A DNA stretch of 64,000 nt from an uncultured delta proteobacterium (lineage in GTDB: Bacteria > Desulfobacterota > Binatia > DP-6). Below the pieces are notes generated by a model. It did not search any database. It worked only from the letters and a program-made list of their open reading frames with translations, and was not told the origin of the DNA. The translations under genes were made by a program, and so were the position numbers. The stretch covers positions 576,001-640,000 of the forward strand of contig CAWFFN010000008.1 in assembly GCA_963815115.1 (NCBI GenBank). Reading direction: 5' to 3'. Below are positions 1 to 11,768 of the stretch, one piece after another (within the stretch, counting starts at the first letter, position 1; every line of letters starts with the position of its first letter).

Positions 1-451
1 CGTCGTCGCCTACGGGTACATGATGGAGGCCTTCATGGCCTGGTACAGCGGGAACCCCTACGAGCAGTTCATGATGATCAACCGCTTCATGGGCCCGTAC
101 CGCTACATGTACTGGGCACTCCTCACGTGCAACGTGCTCGCGCCGCAGGCCCTCTGGTTCCAGCGGGTGCGCGCCAGCACGGTCGCGCTCATGGTGGTCT
201 GCATGTTCGTCAACGTCGGGATGTGGCTCGAGCGCTACATCATCATCGTCGTGAGCCTGTCGGCCGACTTCCTGCCGTCGTCGTGGGGCCTCTACACCGG
301 GAGCAAGTGGGACTGGGGCATGTTCCTCGGCACCATGGGCCTGTTCCTCACGCTCTTCTTCCTCTTCATCCGCTTCCTGCCGATGATCTCGATCTTCGAG
401 ATGCGCAGCATGCTGCCCGAGGCCAAGCTCGAGGAGGACTCGGCCGCATGA
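1..451 (+). CDS. actC: Alternative complex III subunit ActC (NrfD/PsrC family), C-terminal part; 5' truncated by window edge
   Basis: Hydrophobic C-terminus with NVGMWLERYIIIVVSL..DFLPSSW and FIRFLPMISIFE motifs typical of ActC; directly upstream of actD. Confidence 0.9.
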   Translation, partial: VVAYGYMMEAFMAWYSGNPYEQFMMINRFMGPYRYMYWALLTCNVLAPQALWFQRVRASTVALMVVCMFVNVGMWLERYIIIVVSLSADFLPSSWGLYTGSKWDWGMFLGTMGLFLTLFFLFIRFLPMISIFEMRSMLPEAKLEEDSAA

Positions 452-984
452 GGCGCCCGCCGATCCACGGCCTGATGGCCGAGTTCAGCGACCTCGAGGA
501 GCTCGTCCACGCCACGCGCACGGCGCACGAGTCGGGATACCGGCACATGGACGCCTACACGCCGGTCCCGGTGGAGGAGCTGGGGGAGCTCCTCGGCGGC
601 CATCGCAGCCGCCTCCCCTTCCTGGTCCTGATGGGGGGCATCGTCGGCGGCATCGGCGGCTTCGCGCTCTGCTACTGGACGTCGGTGATCGATTTCCCGA
701 TCAACGTCGGCGGCCGGCCGCTGAACAGCTGGCCCTCGTTCATCCCCATCACCTTCGAGTGCACCGTCCTCGGCGCCGCGCTGCTGGCGGTCTTCGGGAT
801 GCTCGCGCTGAACGGTCTCCCGATGCCCTACCATCCGGTGTTCAACGTGCCGCGCTTCGCGCTCTCGTCACGCGACCGGTTCTTCCTGTGCATCGAGGCC
901 GACGATCCGCTCTTCGATCGCGAGGAGACGCGGCGGTTCCTGGAGCGCCTGGTCCCTCGTCAGGTGTCCGAGGTCGACCACTGA
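448..984 (+). CDS. actD: ACIII subunit ActD (DUF3341)
   Basis: ATG at 448 overlaps the actC TGA; DAYTPVPVE, INVGGRPLNSWPSFIPITFE and DRFFLCIEADDP motifs. Confidence 0.9.
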   Translation: MRRPPIHGLMAEFSDLEELVHATRTAHESGYRHMDAYTPVPVEELGELLGGHRSRLPFLVLMGGIVGGIGGFALCYWTSVIDFPINVGGRPLNSWPSFIPITFECTVLGAALLAVFGMLALNGLPMPYHPVFNVPRFALSSRDRFFLCIEADDPLFDREETRRFLERLVPRQVSEVDH

Positions 985-1556
985 TGCGCCGCGCGCTCGC
1001 CATCGCGATCCTCGCCGCCGCCGTCGGCGCCGGGTGCCGGCAGGACATGCACGACCAGCCGAAGGTGAAGGCGCAGGCGGCCAACAAGTTCTTCCCCGAC
1101 GACCGCGGGGGCCGGCCGCTGATCGAGGGCACCGTGGCGCGCAGCGCGGTGCTGGGTGATCCGCCATACCTGACCGGCAAGCAGGGCGGCCAGCCCGTCC
1201 CGCGCGCACCGGTCCCCGTGACCGCCGAGACGCTCGCCCGCGGCCGCGAGCGCTACGACGTGTTCTGCTCGCCGTGCCACGACCGCGTCGGCACCGGCGG
1301 CGGCATGATCGTGCAGCGCGGCTACCGCCAGCCGCCGTCGTTTCACATCGACCGCCTGCGCCAGGAAGGCGACGGCTACTTCTTCGACACCATCACCAAC
1401 GGGTTCGGCGTGATGCCGAGCTACGCCCAGCAGATCCCGGTGGCGGACCGCTGGGCCATCACGCTCTACATCCGGGCCCTCCAGCTCAGCCAGCACGCCA
1501 CGATCGCCGACGTGCCCGAATCCGAGCGTGGGCCCTTCACGCCCACGGGTCGCTGA
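984..1556 (+). CDS. actE: ACIII monoheme cytochrome c lipoprotein ActE
   Basis: Lipobox AGC followed by RQDMHDQPK; CSPCH heme motif; GFGVMPSYA axial Met region. Confidence 0.9.
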   Translation: MRRALAIAILAAAVGAGCRQDMHDQPKVKAQAANKFFPDDRGGRPLIEGTVARSAVLGDPPYLTGKQGGQPVPRAPVPVTAETLARGRERYDVFCSPCHDRVGTGGGMIVQRGYRQPPSFHIDRLRQEGDGYFFDTITNGFGVMPSYAQQIPVADRWAITLYIRALQLSQHATIADVPESERGPFTPTGR

Positions 1557-1557
1557 C

Positions 1558-2736
1558 ATGAACGGGACCACCACGCCGCTGCTCCTCACCGAGGACCATC
1601 CGCTGCATCGCGTGCAGCGGATCGCCGTCGGCGTGGGCGCGGCGGCGTTGCTCGTGTGCGCCCTGGCGGGCTTCGGCAACCTCACCCAGCTCCTGCGCAG
1701 CTACCTCGTGGCCTACCTCTTCTGGATCGGTGCGGCGCTCGGCTGTCTCGCGCTGCTCATGATCCAGCACGTGACCGGCGGCGCGTGGGGCGTCGCCATC
1801 AGGCGCTTGCTCGAGTCGGGCGCGCGGACGCTGCCGGCCATGGCGATCCTGTTCATCCCCATCGCGCTCGGGCTCGGCCGGCTCTACGAGTGGGCGCGGC
1901 CAGAGGAGGTGGCACACGACCCGCTGCTGCAGCACAAGGCGCTCTACCTGAACGTCCCCTTCTTCCTCGGCCGCGCGGCCTTCTACTTCCTCGTCTGGAC
2001 GCTCGTGGTGCGCGCGCTCTCGCGCTGGTCGCTCGAGCAGGACGAGAGCTTCGACCCGAAGCCGGGCGAGCGCCTGGAGCTCATCTCGCGTGGCGGCCTG
2101 GTGCTGCTCGGTCTCACCATGACCTTCGCCTCGATCGACTGGGCCATGTCGCTCGAGCCGCACTGGTTCTCCACCATCTACGGCGTGATCTTCATGGGCG
2201 GGAATGCCGTCACGGCGTTTGCCGTGGTGATCCCGGTCGCCGCCCTGCTCTCGACCTGTCCCCCGATCGGCGATCTCATCTCGACCGACCAGCTGAGCGA
2301 CCTCGGCAAGCTGCTGCTCGCCTTCGTCATGCTCTGGGCCTACTTCAACCTGTCGCAGTTCATCATCACATGGTCGGGCAACCTCCCCGAGGAGATCACC
2401 TGGTACCTCGCCCGCACGCGCGGCGGCTGGCAGTGGGTCGCCCTCGCCATCGTGCTCTTCCACTTCGTCCTGCCGTTCGTCCTGCTGCTCTCGCACCGGC
2501 TCAAGCGCCGCGCTTCGAGCATCGCGATCGTGGCGCTCATCCTCGTCGTCATGCGGTTCGTCGACGTGTTCTGGCTGGTCACCCCGGCCTTCGATCCGAG
2601 CAGGCTCACCGTGCACCTGCTCGACATCGCGGCCGTGCTCATGCTGGGCGGGGTGTGGATCTGGCTCTTCGTCCGCCAGCTCGAGGGCCGGCCGCTGCTG
2701 CCGCTGCGCGACCCCGTCTACCCGGTGGTGCAGTGA
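1558..2736 (+). CDS. actF: ACIII membrane subunit ActF
   Basis: About 10 TM segments; DWAMSLEPHWFSTIYG and SQFIITWSGNLPEE motifs. Confidence 0.9.
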   Translation: MNGTTTPLLLTEDHPLHRVQRIAVGVGAAALLVCALAGFGNLTQLLRSYLVAYLFWIGAALGCLALLMIQHVTGGAWGVAIRRLLESGARTLPAMAILFIPIALGLGRLYEWARPEEVAHDPLLQHKALYLNVPFFLGRAAFYFLVWTLVVRALSRWSLEQDESFDPKPGERLELISRGGLVLLGLTMTFASIDWAMSLEPHWFSTIYGVIFMGGNAVTAFAVVIPVAALLSTCPPIGDLISTDQLSDLGKLLLAFVMLWAYFNLSQFIITWSGNLPEEITWYLARTRGGWQWVALAIVLFHFVLPFVLLLSHRLKRRASSIAIVALILVVMRFVDVFWLVTPAFDPSRLTVHLLDIAAVLMLGGVWIWLFVRQLEGRPLLPLRDPVYPVVQ

Positions 2737-3113
2737 GCGCGATCGACGATCTCCCCGTGGCGGGGCACGAGCGGCGCGACGTCCGTGCGAGCACGGTGGT
2801 GAAGTGGGGAGCCGGCGTCTTCGGACTCGTCGTGTTCACCGTGGCCGCCATGTGGCTCCTGCTGCTGCGTCTCCAGGCGCGCGAGGAGCGCGCGAGCGAG
2901 CCGGCGAGCCCGCTCGCCAGCTACGGTCCGCGCGAGCCGCCGCAGCCGCGCCTCCAGATCGACCCTCACGGGGACATCGCGAAGCTGCGGGAGAGCGAGC
3001 GGGCGCAGCTGGACGGCTACGGCTGGGTCGATCGCGACGCGGGCACGGTCCACATCCCGGTCGAGCGCGCCATGAGTCTGCTCGTGCAGCGCCGCGGGGA
3101 AGGCCGGCGATGA
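2733..3113 (+). CDS. Small single-TM ACIII-associated protein (ActG-like)
   Basis: GTG overlaps actF stop; HERRDV, one TM, PPQPRLQ and LDGYGWVDRDAGTVHIPVERAM; position between actF and sco. Confidence 0.7.
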   Translation: MSAIDDLPVAGHERRDVRASTVVKWGAGVFGLVVFTVAAMWLLLLRLQAREERASEPASPLASYGPREPPQPRLQIDPHGDIAKLRESERAQLDGYGWVDRDAGTVHIPVERAMSLLVQRRGEGRR

Positions 3114-3937
3114 GGACCCTGCTCGTCACGCTCGCGCTCCTCGTCTCCCTGGGTCCGGGCGGCCGCGCCGCTCGTGCCGATTCCGAACGACCCGCCGTCC
3201 TGCGCGACGTCGGATTCGACCAGCGTCTCGGCGCGCAGGTCCCCCTCGACCTCGCCTTCCGGGACGAGACCGGCCGCACCGTGACGCTGCGCGAGTACCT
3301 CGGCGACAAGCCGGTCATGCTGGTGCCGGCCTACTACGAGTGTCCCATGCTGTGCACGCTGGTGCTGAACGGCGTCGTGAGCGCGCTGCGCGCCCTGCCG
3401 TTCGACGTCGGGAAGGAGTTCCGCGTCGTCACCGTGAGCTTCAACCCGCACGAGACGAGCGCGCTGGCGGCGGCGAAGAAGGCCACCTACCTCGGGGAAT
3501 ACCGCCGGCCCGGCGCCGACGCGGGCTGGCACTTCCTCGTCGGCGACGAGGCGTCGATCGGCCCGCTCATGCAGGCCATCGGCTTCCGCTACGCCTGGGA
3601 CGCCGCGGCCTCGCAGTACGCCCACGCCGCCGGGCTCGTGGTGCTGACGCCGGGCGGGCGCGTCTCGCACTACTTCTACGGCGTCGAGTTCGCGCCGCGC
3701 GATCTCCGGCTCGCACTGGTGGAGGCGTCGGGCGAGCGCATCGGCTCGGTCGTCGATCAGCTGCTGCTCTTCTGCTTCCACTACGACCCGGCGACGGGAC
3801 GCTACAGTCGCGTGGCACTGAACGCGGTCCGCGCCGGCGGGGTACTCACCCTGGCCGCGCTCGGGCTCTTCGTCTGGATGGCGCTGCGTCGCGACCGTCG
3901 CATGGCCGGCGCCACCTCCGAAGGCAAGACCGCATGA
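3110..3937 (+). CDS. SCO1/SenC copper chaperone
   Basis: Signal peptide, CPMLC (CxxxC) motif, conserved His in YAHAAG, C-terminal TM. Confidence 0.9.
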   Translation: MRTLLVTLALLVSLGPGGRAARADSERPAVLRDVGFDQRLGAQVPLDLAFRDETGRTVTLREYLGDKPVMLVPAYYECPMLCTLVLNGVVSALRALPFDVGKEFRVVTVSFNPHETSALAAAKKATYLGEYRRPGADAGWHFLVGDEASIGPLMQAIGFRYAWDAAASQYAHAAGLVVLTPGGRVSHYFYGVEFAPRDLRLALVEASGERIGSVVDQLLLFCFHYDPATGRYSRVALNAVRAGGVLTLAALGLFVWMALRRDRRMAGATSEGKTA

Positions 3938-4889
3938 TCGAGCGGTTCCGTCTCTTCCCGGAGCAGGCCTCGACGCTGGCCCCCCAGACCGATGCGCTGC
4001 TCTTCTTCCTGCTCGCGATCACGACCTTCTTCGTCGTCCTCATCGCCGGCTTGATCATCGTCTTCATGATCCGCTATCGCCGCCGCGCTCCCGACGAGAT
4101 CCCGGAGAGCGTGCACGGCTCGCTCGCGCTCGAGATCGCCTGGACGCTCCCGCCGTTCGTGATCGTCATGGTGATCTTCTTCTGGGGCGCCAGCCTCTTC
4201 GCCATCATCCGGCGGCCGCCGGACGACGCCATGAACATCGACGTCGTCGGCAAGCAATGGATGTGGAAGCTGCAGCACATGGAAGGCCGGCGCGAGATCG
4301 ACGAGCTGCACGTCCCCGTGGGCACGCCGGTGAAGCTCACCATGACGTCCGAGGACGTCATTCACAGCTTCTTCGTGCCCGCGTTCCGCATCAAGCAGGA
4401 CGCGGTGCCCGGCCGGTACACCACCACGTGGTTCGAGGCCACGAAGCCCGGCTCCTACCACCTCTTCTGCGCCGAGTACTGCGGCACGCTGCACTCCGGG
4501 ATGATCGGCCACGTCATCGCCATGGAGCCGGCCGAGTATCAGGCCTGGCTGCAGACCGGCGAAGCGGGCGGCGTGCCGGCCCTGTCGCCGGTGGCGGCGG
4601 GCCAGGCCCTCTTCGAGGCGCAAGGCTGCCCCTCGTGTCACGCGGCCGGTGCGGCCCAGCGCGGACCCATGCTCGCCGGCCTGTTCGGGAGCACGGTCAA
4701 CTTCGAGGGCGGGGGGACCGCGCTGGCGGACGAGGGCTACCTGCGCGAGTCCATCCTGAACCCGCAGGCGCACCTCGTCGCGGGCTACCAGGCCATCATG
4801 CCGACCTACCAGGGGCTGCTCAGCGAGGAGAACGTCATGCAGCTCATCGCCTACGTGAAGTCGCTCAAGGCGGAGGGGGGCGCGAAGCC

Positions 4890-4893
<4 letters not shown>
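3934..4893 (+). CDS. coxB: Cytochrome c oxidase subunit II with fused cytochrome c (caa3 type)
   Basis: DVIHSF and [12 protein letters not shown] CuA ligands; C-terminal CPSCH heme c motif. Confidence 0.95.
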
Positions 4894-6546
<1,653 letters not shown>

Positions 6547-6554
<8 letters not shown>

Positions 6555-7209
6555 CGCCGCCACCACACGCGTCGTGCACCAGCACGTCGCGCACCACTTC
6601 GACGACGCCGCCCAGCAGCGCGACGCCTCCACGCTCGGCATGTGGGTGTTCCTCGCCCAGGAGGTCATGTTCTTCGGTGGCCTCTTCACGTGCTACGTCG
6701 TGTACCGGGCGCTCCACGCGTCGGGGTTCGCGCACGCGAGCCACCAGCTCGACGTCGTGCTCGGCACGACCAACACGGCCGTGCTGATCACGAGCAGCCT
6801 CACGATGGCGCTGGCGGTCTGGGCCTCGCAGACGGGGAGCCGGCGGATGCTGCTCGTCTGCATCACGCTGACGGCGGCGCTCGGGTCCGTCTTCCTCGGC
6901 ATCAAGGGATACGAGTACTGGCACAAGTTCCACGAGCACCTCGTGCCCGGACCCTACTTCGTGTGGGACGGGCCGGACGGGCCCGAGGCCGAGATGTTCT
7001 TCTCGCTCTACTTCGCGCTGACGGGCCTGCACGCGCTTCACATGGTCATCGGCCTCGGCATCATGGCGTGGCTCTTCTGGATGGCGTGGTCGGGCCGCGT
7101 CGGGCCGGCCTACCACGCCCCGGTCGAGATCTCCGGGCTCTACTGGCACTTCGTCGACATCGTCTGGATATTCCTCTTCCCCCTCCTCTACCTGATCGGC
7201 CGGCACTGA
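6547..7209 (+). CDS. coxC: Cytochrome c oxidase subunit III (probable CTG start at 6547; alternative GTG at 6574)
   Basis: [24 protein letters not shown] and [11 protein letters not shown] motifs; AAGGAGG at 6534-6540 precedes an in-frame CTG. Confidence 0.93.
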
Positions 7210-7216
7210 GGATCGC

Positions 7217-7507
7217 ATGTCCGAGGAGCACGTCGTCCCCGTCCGCATCTACGTGATCATCTTCGTCACGCTCGTCGTCCTCACCGGCGTCACCACCGCC
7301 GTGGCCTTCGTCGACCTCGGGCCCATGAACGTCGTCGCGATGCTCCTCATCGCCTTCCTCAAGGCAACGCTCGTCGTCCTCTATTTCATGCACGTGCGCT
7401 TCACGGGGAGGCTCACCCAGATCGCCGCGGCCAGCGGCTTCGCGTGGCTGGTGATCCTGATCGGGCTCACCCTGAGCGACGTCCTGACGCGGAAAGTCGT
7501 CCCCTGA
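7217..7507 (+). CDS. coxD: Cytochrome c oxidase subunit IV (caa3 CtaF-like)
   Basis: Three TM segments, KATLVVLYFMHV motif, last gene of the cox operon. Confidence 0.9.
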   Translation: MSEEHVVPVRIYVIIFVTLVVLTGVTTAVAFVDLGPMNVVAMLLIAFLKATLVVLYFMHVRFTGRLTQIAAASGFAWLVILIGLTLSDVLTRKVVP

Positions 7508-7576
7508 GCGCCCGCGCACGTGCCTTGCCGGCTCTTTGCGCTTGCCCCCGGGCGCGGCCGGTGGGTATAGCCGAGG

Positions 7577-9655
7577 ATGGTCTTGGCTCCGCAGGAGCGT
7601 CTTCGCCGCCGAACCGCGCAGTGCTTCAGCGCGCTGGCGGGCGCGCTGCTCGTCATCGTCGTTTCGGGGCGTCCGGCGCTCGCCGCGACGGATCCGAACG
7701 GCGACCCCGATCACGACGGCGTGACCAACGCGGGCGAGGCGTTCTGGGGCACCGATCCCACGAACCCCGACACCGACGGCGACGGCCTCTCCGACGGCGA
7801 GGAGATCGGCACCCAGCTCGTCTGGGGGATCGGCTCCCCGACCGATCCGGACAGCGATCACGACGGCATCGACGACCTGCACGACGACTACGACGGCGAC
7901 GGGCTCAGCAACCTCGAGGAGCGCCAGCTCGGCCTCTACTACGTCCTCTTCGACTCCGACTTCGATGGCCTCTCCGACGGCTGGGAGGTCGCCCACGGCT
8001 CGAATCCGCTCGCCTGGGACAGCGACGGCGACGGCATCCGCGACGGTGACCAGGACGACGACGGCGACGGACTCGGGACCGCGCTCGAGGTGGAGCTCGG
8101 CACCGATCCCACGAATCCCGACACCGACGGCGACGGCGTCACGGACGGCGACGAGCGCCTGCTGTGCACCGATCCGCTGGTCGCCGATTCGAACGGCGAC
8201 GACCCGCCCGACGCCCTCTGCCTGTCCCGCGCCCCTGAGGGCGTGCCCGACTGGAAGCTCTTCCAGCGCGACGCCGCCAGCCGCAGCACGACGATCACGG
8301 TGCCGTTTCACTACCGGCTCGCTCACGCCGCGCGTGTCGAGGTGGCGCTGATCGCCCAGGCGACCGGCGCGGCGCTGTCCGGCTTCGGGTTCGCCGAGCA
8401 CGCCCTGACACTCGACGTCGACACGACGGACGGCGGGGGGAGCGGCTCGCTCGTGCTCGCCGGCGTCCCCCAGGGCGGGAACTACGACCTCGCCGCGCGC
8501 ATCGTGAACCCGACGAGCGGCGTCGTGCTGCTGACCGACACCACCCGCAACCTCGCGGTCGGCGACGTCTTCCTCGCCGCCGGCCAGTCGAACATGTCCG
8601 GCAACAACGGCCTCGCGGAAGCGCCAAGCCACTACGAGCAGCCCGATCCGCAGGTTCACCTCTTCGGCAACGACTATCGGTGGAAGCTCGCGACCGAGCC
8701 GATGGAGAACGCCGCCAACTCCCTGGACCCGGTGGGAATCGACTCACAGGCGCGCAGCTCGCCCATGCTGCGCTTCGCCAAGGAGGTGACCCAGCGGACC
8801 GGGATTCCGGTCGCCATCATGCCCGCTTCCTCCTCGGGCAGCAGCATCATGCCGGCCACCACCGGCGATCCGTTCGCCAACCACTGGACGCGGGACGCGC
8901 AGGATCCGCAGCGCCGCACGACGCTCTACGGCTCCGCCCTGTCGCGCGTCCTGGTGCAGGACTACGCGAGCCCGATCCGGGGCGTGATCTGGTATCAGGG
9001 AGAGAGCGACGCCGCGGTGCCGACCGCGGACTACCTGGCGACGCTGCGGCAGCTCGTGAGCGACCTGCGCACCGACCTGGCGAGCCCTGCCCTCTTCTTC
9101 GCCAGCTGTCAGCTTGCCTCGTACACGCTCGACGTGACGGAGGCGCCACAGGCCCTCTGGATGGGGCTGCGCGAGGCCCAGCGGCAGTACGCGGCTTCGG
9201 ATCCGCAATCGACGCTCGTGGCCACACTCGACCTCCCGGTGTACTTCGTACACCTCTTCGGATCCGGCTACCGGGAGACCGGCAGGCGGCTCGGCCTCGC
9301 GACGCTCGAGGCGTCGTACAACGTGCGCCGCCTCGGCACGACGCCGAAGCTGCGCAGCGTGCGCCTGTCGCGGGCCGGCGCGCGCGTCGTCCTCCGCTAC
9401 GACCGGCCCGTCGTCGGGGGCGATCCGGCGCTCTTCCGGGTCTCGAACGCATCGGGCGGCGTCGCGGTCCTGGCCGCGCAGGCGCGTGGAAGCCGGGTGT
9501 ACGTCGACCTGGCACAGCCCGTGACGGCCGCGGCGCACGTCAGCTACGGCTTCGGGAAGCCCGCGTCTCCAGGCGGCTGGCTCGTCGGGCGCCGCGGCGA
9601 GGGCTCCGTCCTCGCCTTCAAGGACCTCGGCGCAGTGACGAACCTCGCGCGCTAG
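7577..9655 (+). CDS. Secreted protein: Ca-binding TSP3-like DxDxDG repeats plus SGNH/SASA (sialate O-acetylesterase/CE6-like) domain
   Basis: Signal peptide; repeated DTDGDG/DSDGDG; AGQSNM (block I) and GVIWYQGESD (block III). Confidence 0.8.
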   Translation: MVLAPQERLRRRTAQCFSALAGALLVIVVSGRPALAATDPNGDPDHDGVTNAGEAFWGTDPTNPDTDGDGLSDGEEIGTQLVWGIGSPTDPDSDHDGIDDLHDDYDGDGLSNLEERQLGLYYVLFDSDFDGLSDGWEVAHGSNPLAWDSDGDGIRDGDQDDDGDGLGTALEVELGTDPTNPDTDGDGVTDGDERLLCTDPLVADSNGDDPPDALCLSRAPEGVPDWKLFQRDAASRSTTITVPFHYRLAHAARVEVALIAQATGAALSGFGFAEHALTLDVDTTDGGGSGSLVLAGVPQGGNYDLAARIVNPTSGVVLLTDTTRNLAVGDVFLAAGQSNMSGNNGLAEAPSHYEQPDPQVHLFGNDYRWKLATEPMENAANSLDPVGIDSQARSSPMLRFAKEVTQRTGIPVAIMPASSSGSSIMPATTGDPFANHWTRDAQDPQRRTTLYGSALSRVLVQDYASPIRGVIWYQGESDAAVPTADYLATLRQLVSDLRTDLASPALFFASCQLASYTLDVTEAPQALWMGLREAQRQYAASDPQSTLVATLDLPVYFVHLFGSGYRETGRRLGLATLEASYNVRRLGTTPKLRSVRLSRAGARVVLRYDRPVVGGDPALFRVSNASGGVAVLAAQARGSRVYVDLAQPVTAAAHVSYGFGKPASPGGWLVGRRGEGSVLAFKDLGAVTNLAR
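7748..8136 (+). repeat. Intragenic direct repeats encoding GTDPTNPDTDGDG units
   Basis: Near-identical ggcaccgatcccacgaa(c/t)cccgacaccgacggcgacggc at about 7748 and about 8099. Confidence 0.75.
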
Positions 9656-9670
9656 CAGTCCCGCGCCGCC

Positions 9671-10117
9671 TCACTGGCCGCCCGAGGGAGCGCCTCCCTG
9701 GTCGTGCATCGAGTCGCGCAGGCGACGGCCCGCATCCTCGAGGCCCTTGCCGATCTGCTCGCCGAGCCCACGCAGCATGTCGCCCGCCGTCGCGCCGAAG
9801 CGGGCGACGCGGGTGGCCACGTAGGTCTTCTGGAGCTCGGCGCGCCGCTCCGACAGGGCGGCGGCCTGCTGGAGGATCTCGGCTCGCTGGTCGGCGGGCC
9901 TCGCCGCGGCATCGGCGCGCAGCGCGGCGATGTCGGCGTCGAGACGGGCGAAGAGCGCGTCGATCTGCTGCTCGGTGACCCCCGGCTTCTGCTGCTGGTA
10001 GGCTTCGATCGCCACGCGCAGCTCGTCGGCCGTGCGCGGGGCGGCGGGCTTCGAGCAGCCGACCCCGAGCCAAACCAGCAGTACCCCGGCGCCGAGCGCG
10101 GCCACCCAGCTAGACAT
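9671..10117 (-). CDS. Hypothetical helical lipoprotein
   Basis: MSSWVAALGAGVLLVWLGVGC lipobox-like N-terminus; Ala/Gln/Arg-rich helical body. Confidence 0.65.
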   Translation of the reverse strand: MSSWVAALGAGVLLVWLGVGCSKPAAPRTADELRVAIEAYQQQKPGVTEQQIDALFARLDADIAALRADAAARPADQRAEILQQAAALSERRAELQKTYVATRVARFGATAGDMLRGLGEQIGKGLEDAGRRLRDSMHDQGGAPSGGQ

Positions 10118-10265
10118 GCCCCGAGGGCTACCACGATCGCGGGAGGGGCGCACTCCACGACGTCGCCGCGGGCTCTGCCCGATCGGATGGGCAGCCCTCG
10201 GGGGACGCTCGTGACCGACGCTGGCCTTTGCCCCTCGAAGTCAGTAGAGAGGCATCCCGCAGCCG

Positions 10266-11753
10266 ATGAGAATCGCGTTCCTGGTCGCCGTGCTCCCGGC
10301 GGTGCTTCTCGCGGGCTGCGCGGTGGGTCCCAACTACAAGCGTCCCGAGACCCCGGTCACGCCCGCCTATCGCGGCCAGGAGCCGCCCGAGCCGACCTCG
10401 ATCGCCGACCTGCCGTGGTGGGAGGTCTTCCACGACGAGGTGCTCCAGTTCCTCGTCACCGAGGCGCTGAGGAACAACTACGATCTCTTGACGGCGATCT
10501 CCCGAGTCGAGACGGCCCGCGGGCAGCTCATCTCCACCCGGTCCCAGATGTTCCCGCAGGCCACGTACGAGGGCGGCGCCTCGCGCGGGAGGCAGTTCCT
10601 CGGTGAGGAGCAGAAGGTGCCCGTCCTCACCCTGAAGAAGAACGGCCAGCTCGTCCAGCGGGAGGGGACCTTCGGCGGTAACTCGACCTTCGACACCTTC
10701 CTCGGCACGCTGAACGCCGCCTGGGAGATCGACCTGTGGGGGCGAATCCGCCGGGCCACCGAATCCGCCCGTGCCGACCTGCTCGCCTCCAACGACTTCC
10801 GCCAGGGTGTCGTCCTCTCGCTGGTGAGCCAGGTCGCGCAGACCTACCTCCAGCTCCTCGAGCTCGACGTCGAGCTCGAGATCGCGGAGCGCTCGACGAA
10901 GACGTTCGGCGAGACGCTCGATCTCTTCCAGCGCCAGTTCGAGGGCGGCATCGGTACCAAGCTGGCCGTGGCGCGCGGCGAGGCCGCGCTCGCGCAGGCC
11001 GCGGCCACCATCCCCAACACCGAGCGTGCCATCGTCTCGACCGAGAACGCGATCTGCATCCTGCTCGGCTGGCCGCCGACACCGATCCCGCGCGGCACGG
11101 CGCTGACCTCGCAGGAGCTGCCGCCCGAGCCCCCCGCCGGCCTGCCGGCGGAGATCCTCGAGCGCCGTCCCGACGTGCTGCAGGCGGAGCAGGTGCTGCG
11201 CTCGGCCAATGCCCAGGTCGGCGTCGCGATCGCCGACTTCTTCCCCCGCATCGGCCTGACCGCGCTCTACGGCGGGACGAGCGCGGAGCTGGAGGCCGTG
11301 GTGAAGGGGGCCGGCAACGTCTGGTCGATCGCGGCGTCGGTGACCGGGCCGATCTTCCAGGCCGGGAAGCTCTACGGCGGCTACAAGTCGGCGGTCGCCA
11401 ACTGGGAGGCCGCGAAGTCCCAGTACGAGGGCACCGTCCTGGGCGCCCTCCGCGACGTGTCGGACGCGCTGGTCGACGCGCAGAAGCTGAAGCTGGTGCG
11501 CGACGAGCTCGCCAAGGCGGTCGCGGCACTCAAGGAGGCCTCCGAGCTGGCCACCATCCGCTACACGGGCGGCCTCGCGACGTACTTCGAGGTGCTCGAG
11601 GCGCAGCAGCAGCTCTTCCCCGCCGAGGATCAGCTCGCGCAAACCGAGCGCGACGAGCTCCTAGCGGTCGTGCGCCTCTACGCCGCGCTCGGTGGCGGCT
11701 GGAGCGTCGAGGACCAGCCCGTCCCGCTCAACGCCTTCCCCGGCTGGCCGTGA
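10266..11753 (+). CDS. Efflux outer-membrane factor lipoprotein (NodT/OprM, TolC family)
   Basis: LAGCAVGPNYKRP lipobox; WEIDLWGRIR, LERRPDV and LYAALGGGW motifs. Confidence 0.93.
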   Translation: MRIAFLVAVLPAVLLAGCAVGPNYKRPETPVTPAYRGQEPPEPTSIADLPWWEVFHDEVLQFLVTEALRNNYDLLTAISRVETARGQLISTRSQMFPQATYEGGASRGRQFLGEEQKVPVLTLKKNGQLVQREGTFGGNSTFDTFLGTLNAAWEIDLWGRIRRATESARADLLASNDFRQGVVLSLVSQVAQTYLQLLELDVELEIAERSTKTFGETLDLFQRQFEGGIGTKLAVARGEAALAQAAATIPNTERAIVSTENAICILLGWPPTPIPRGTALTSQELPPEPPAGLPAEILERRPDVLQAEQVLRSANAQVGVAIADFFPRIGLTALYGGTSAELEAVVKGAGNVWSIAASVTGPIFQAGKLYGGYKSAVANWEAAKSQYEGTVLGALRDVSDALVDAQKLKLVRDELAKAVAALKEASELATIRYTGGLATYFEVLEAQQQLFPAEDQLAQTERDELLAVVRLYAALGGGWSVEDQPVPLNAFPGWP

Positions 11754-11768
11754 CCGCCACGCCCGCCG

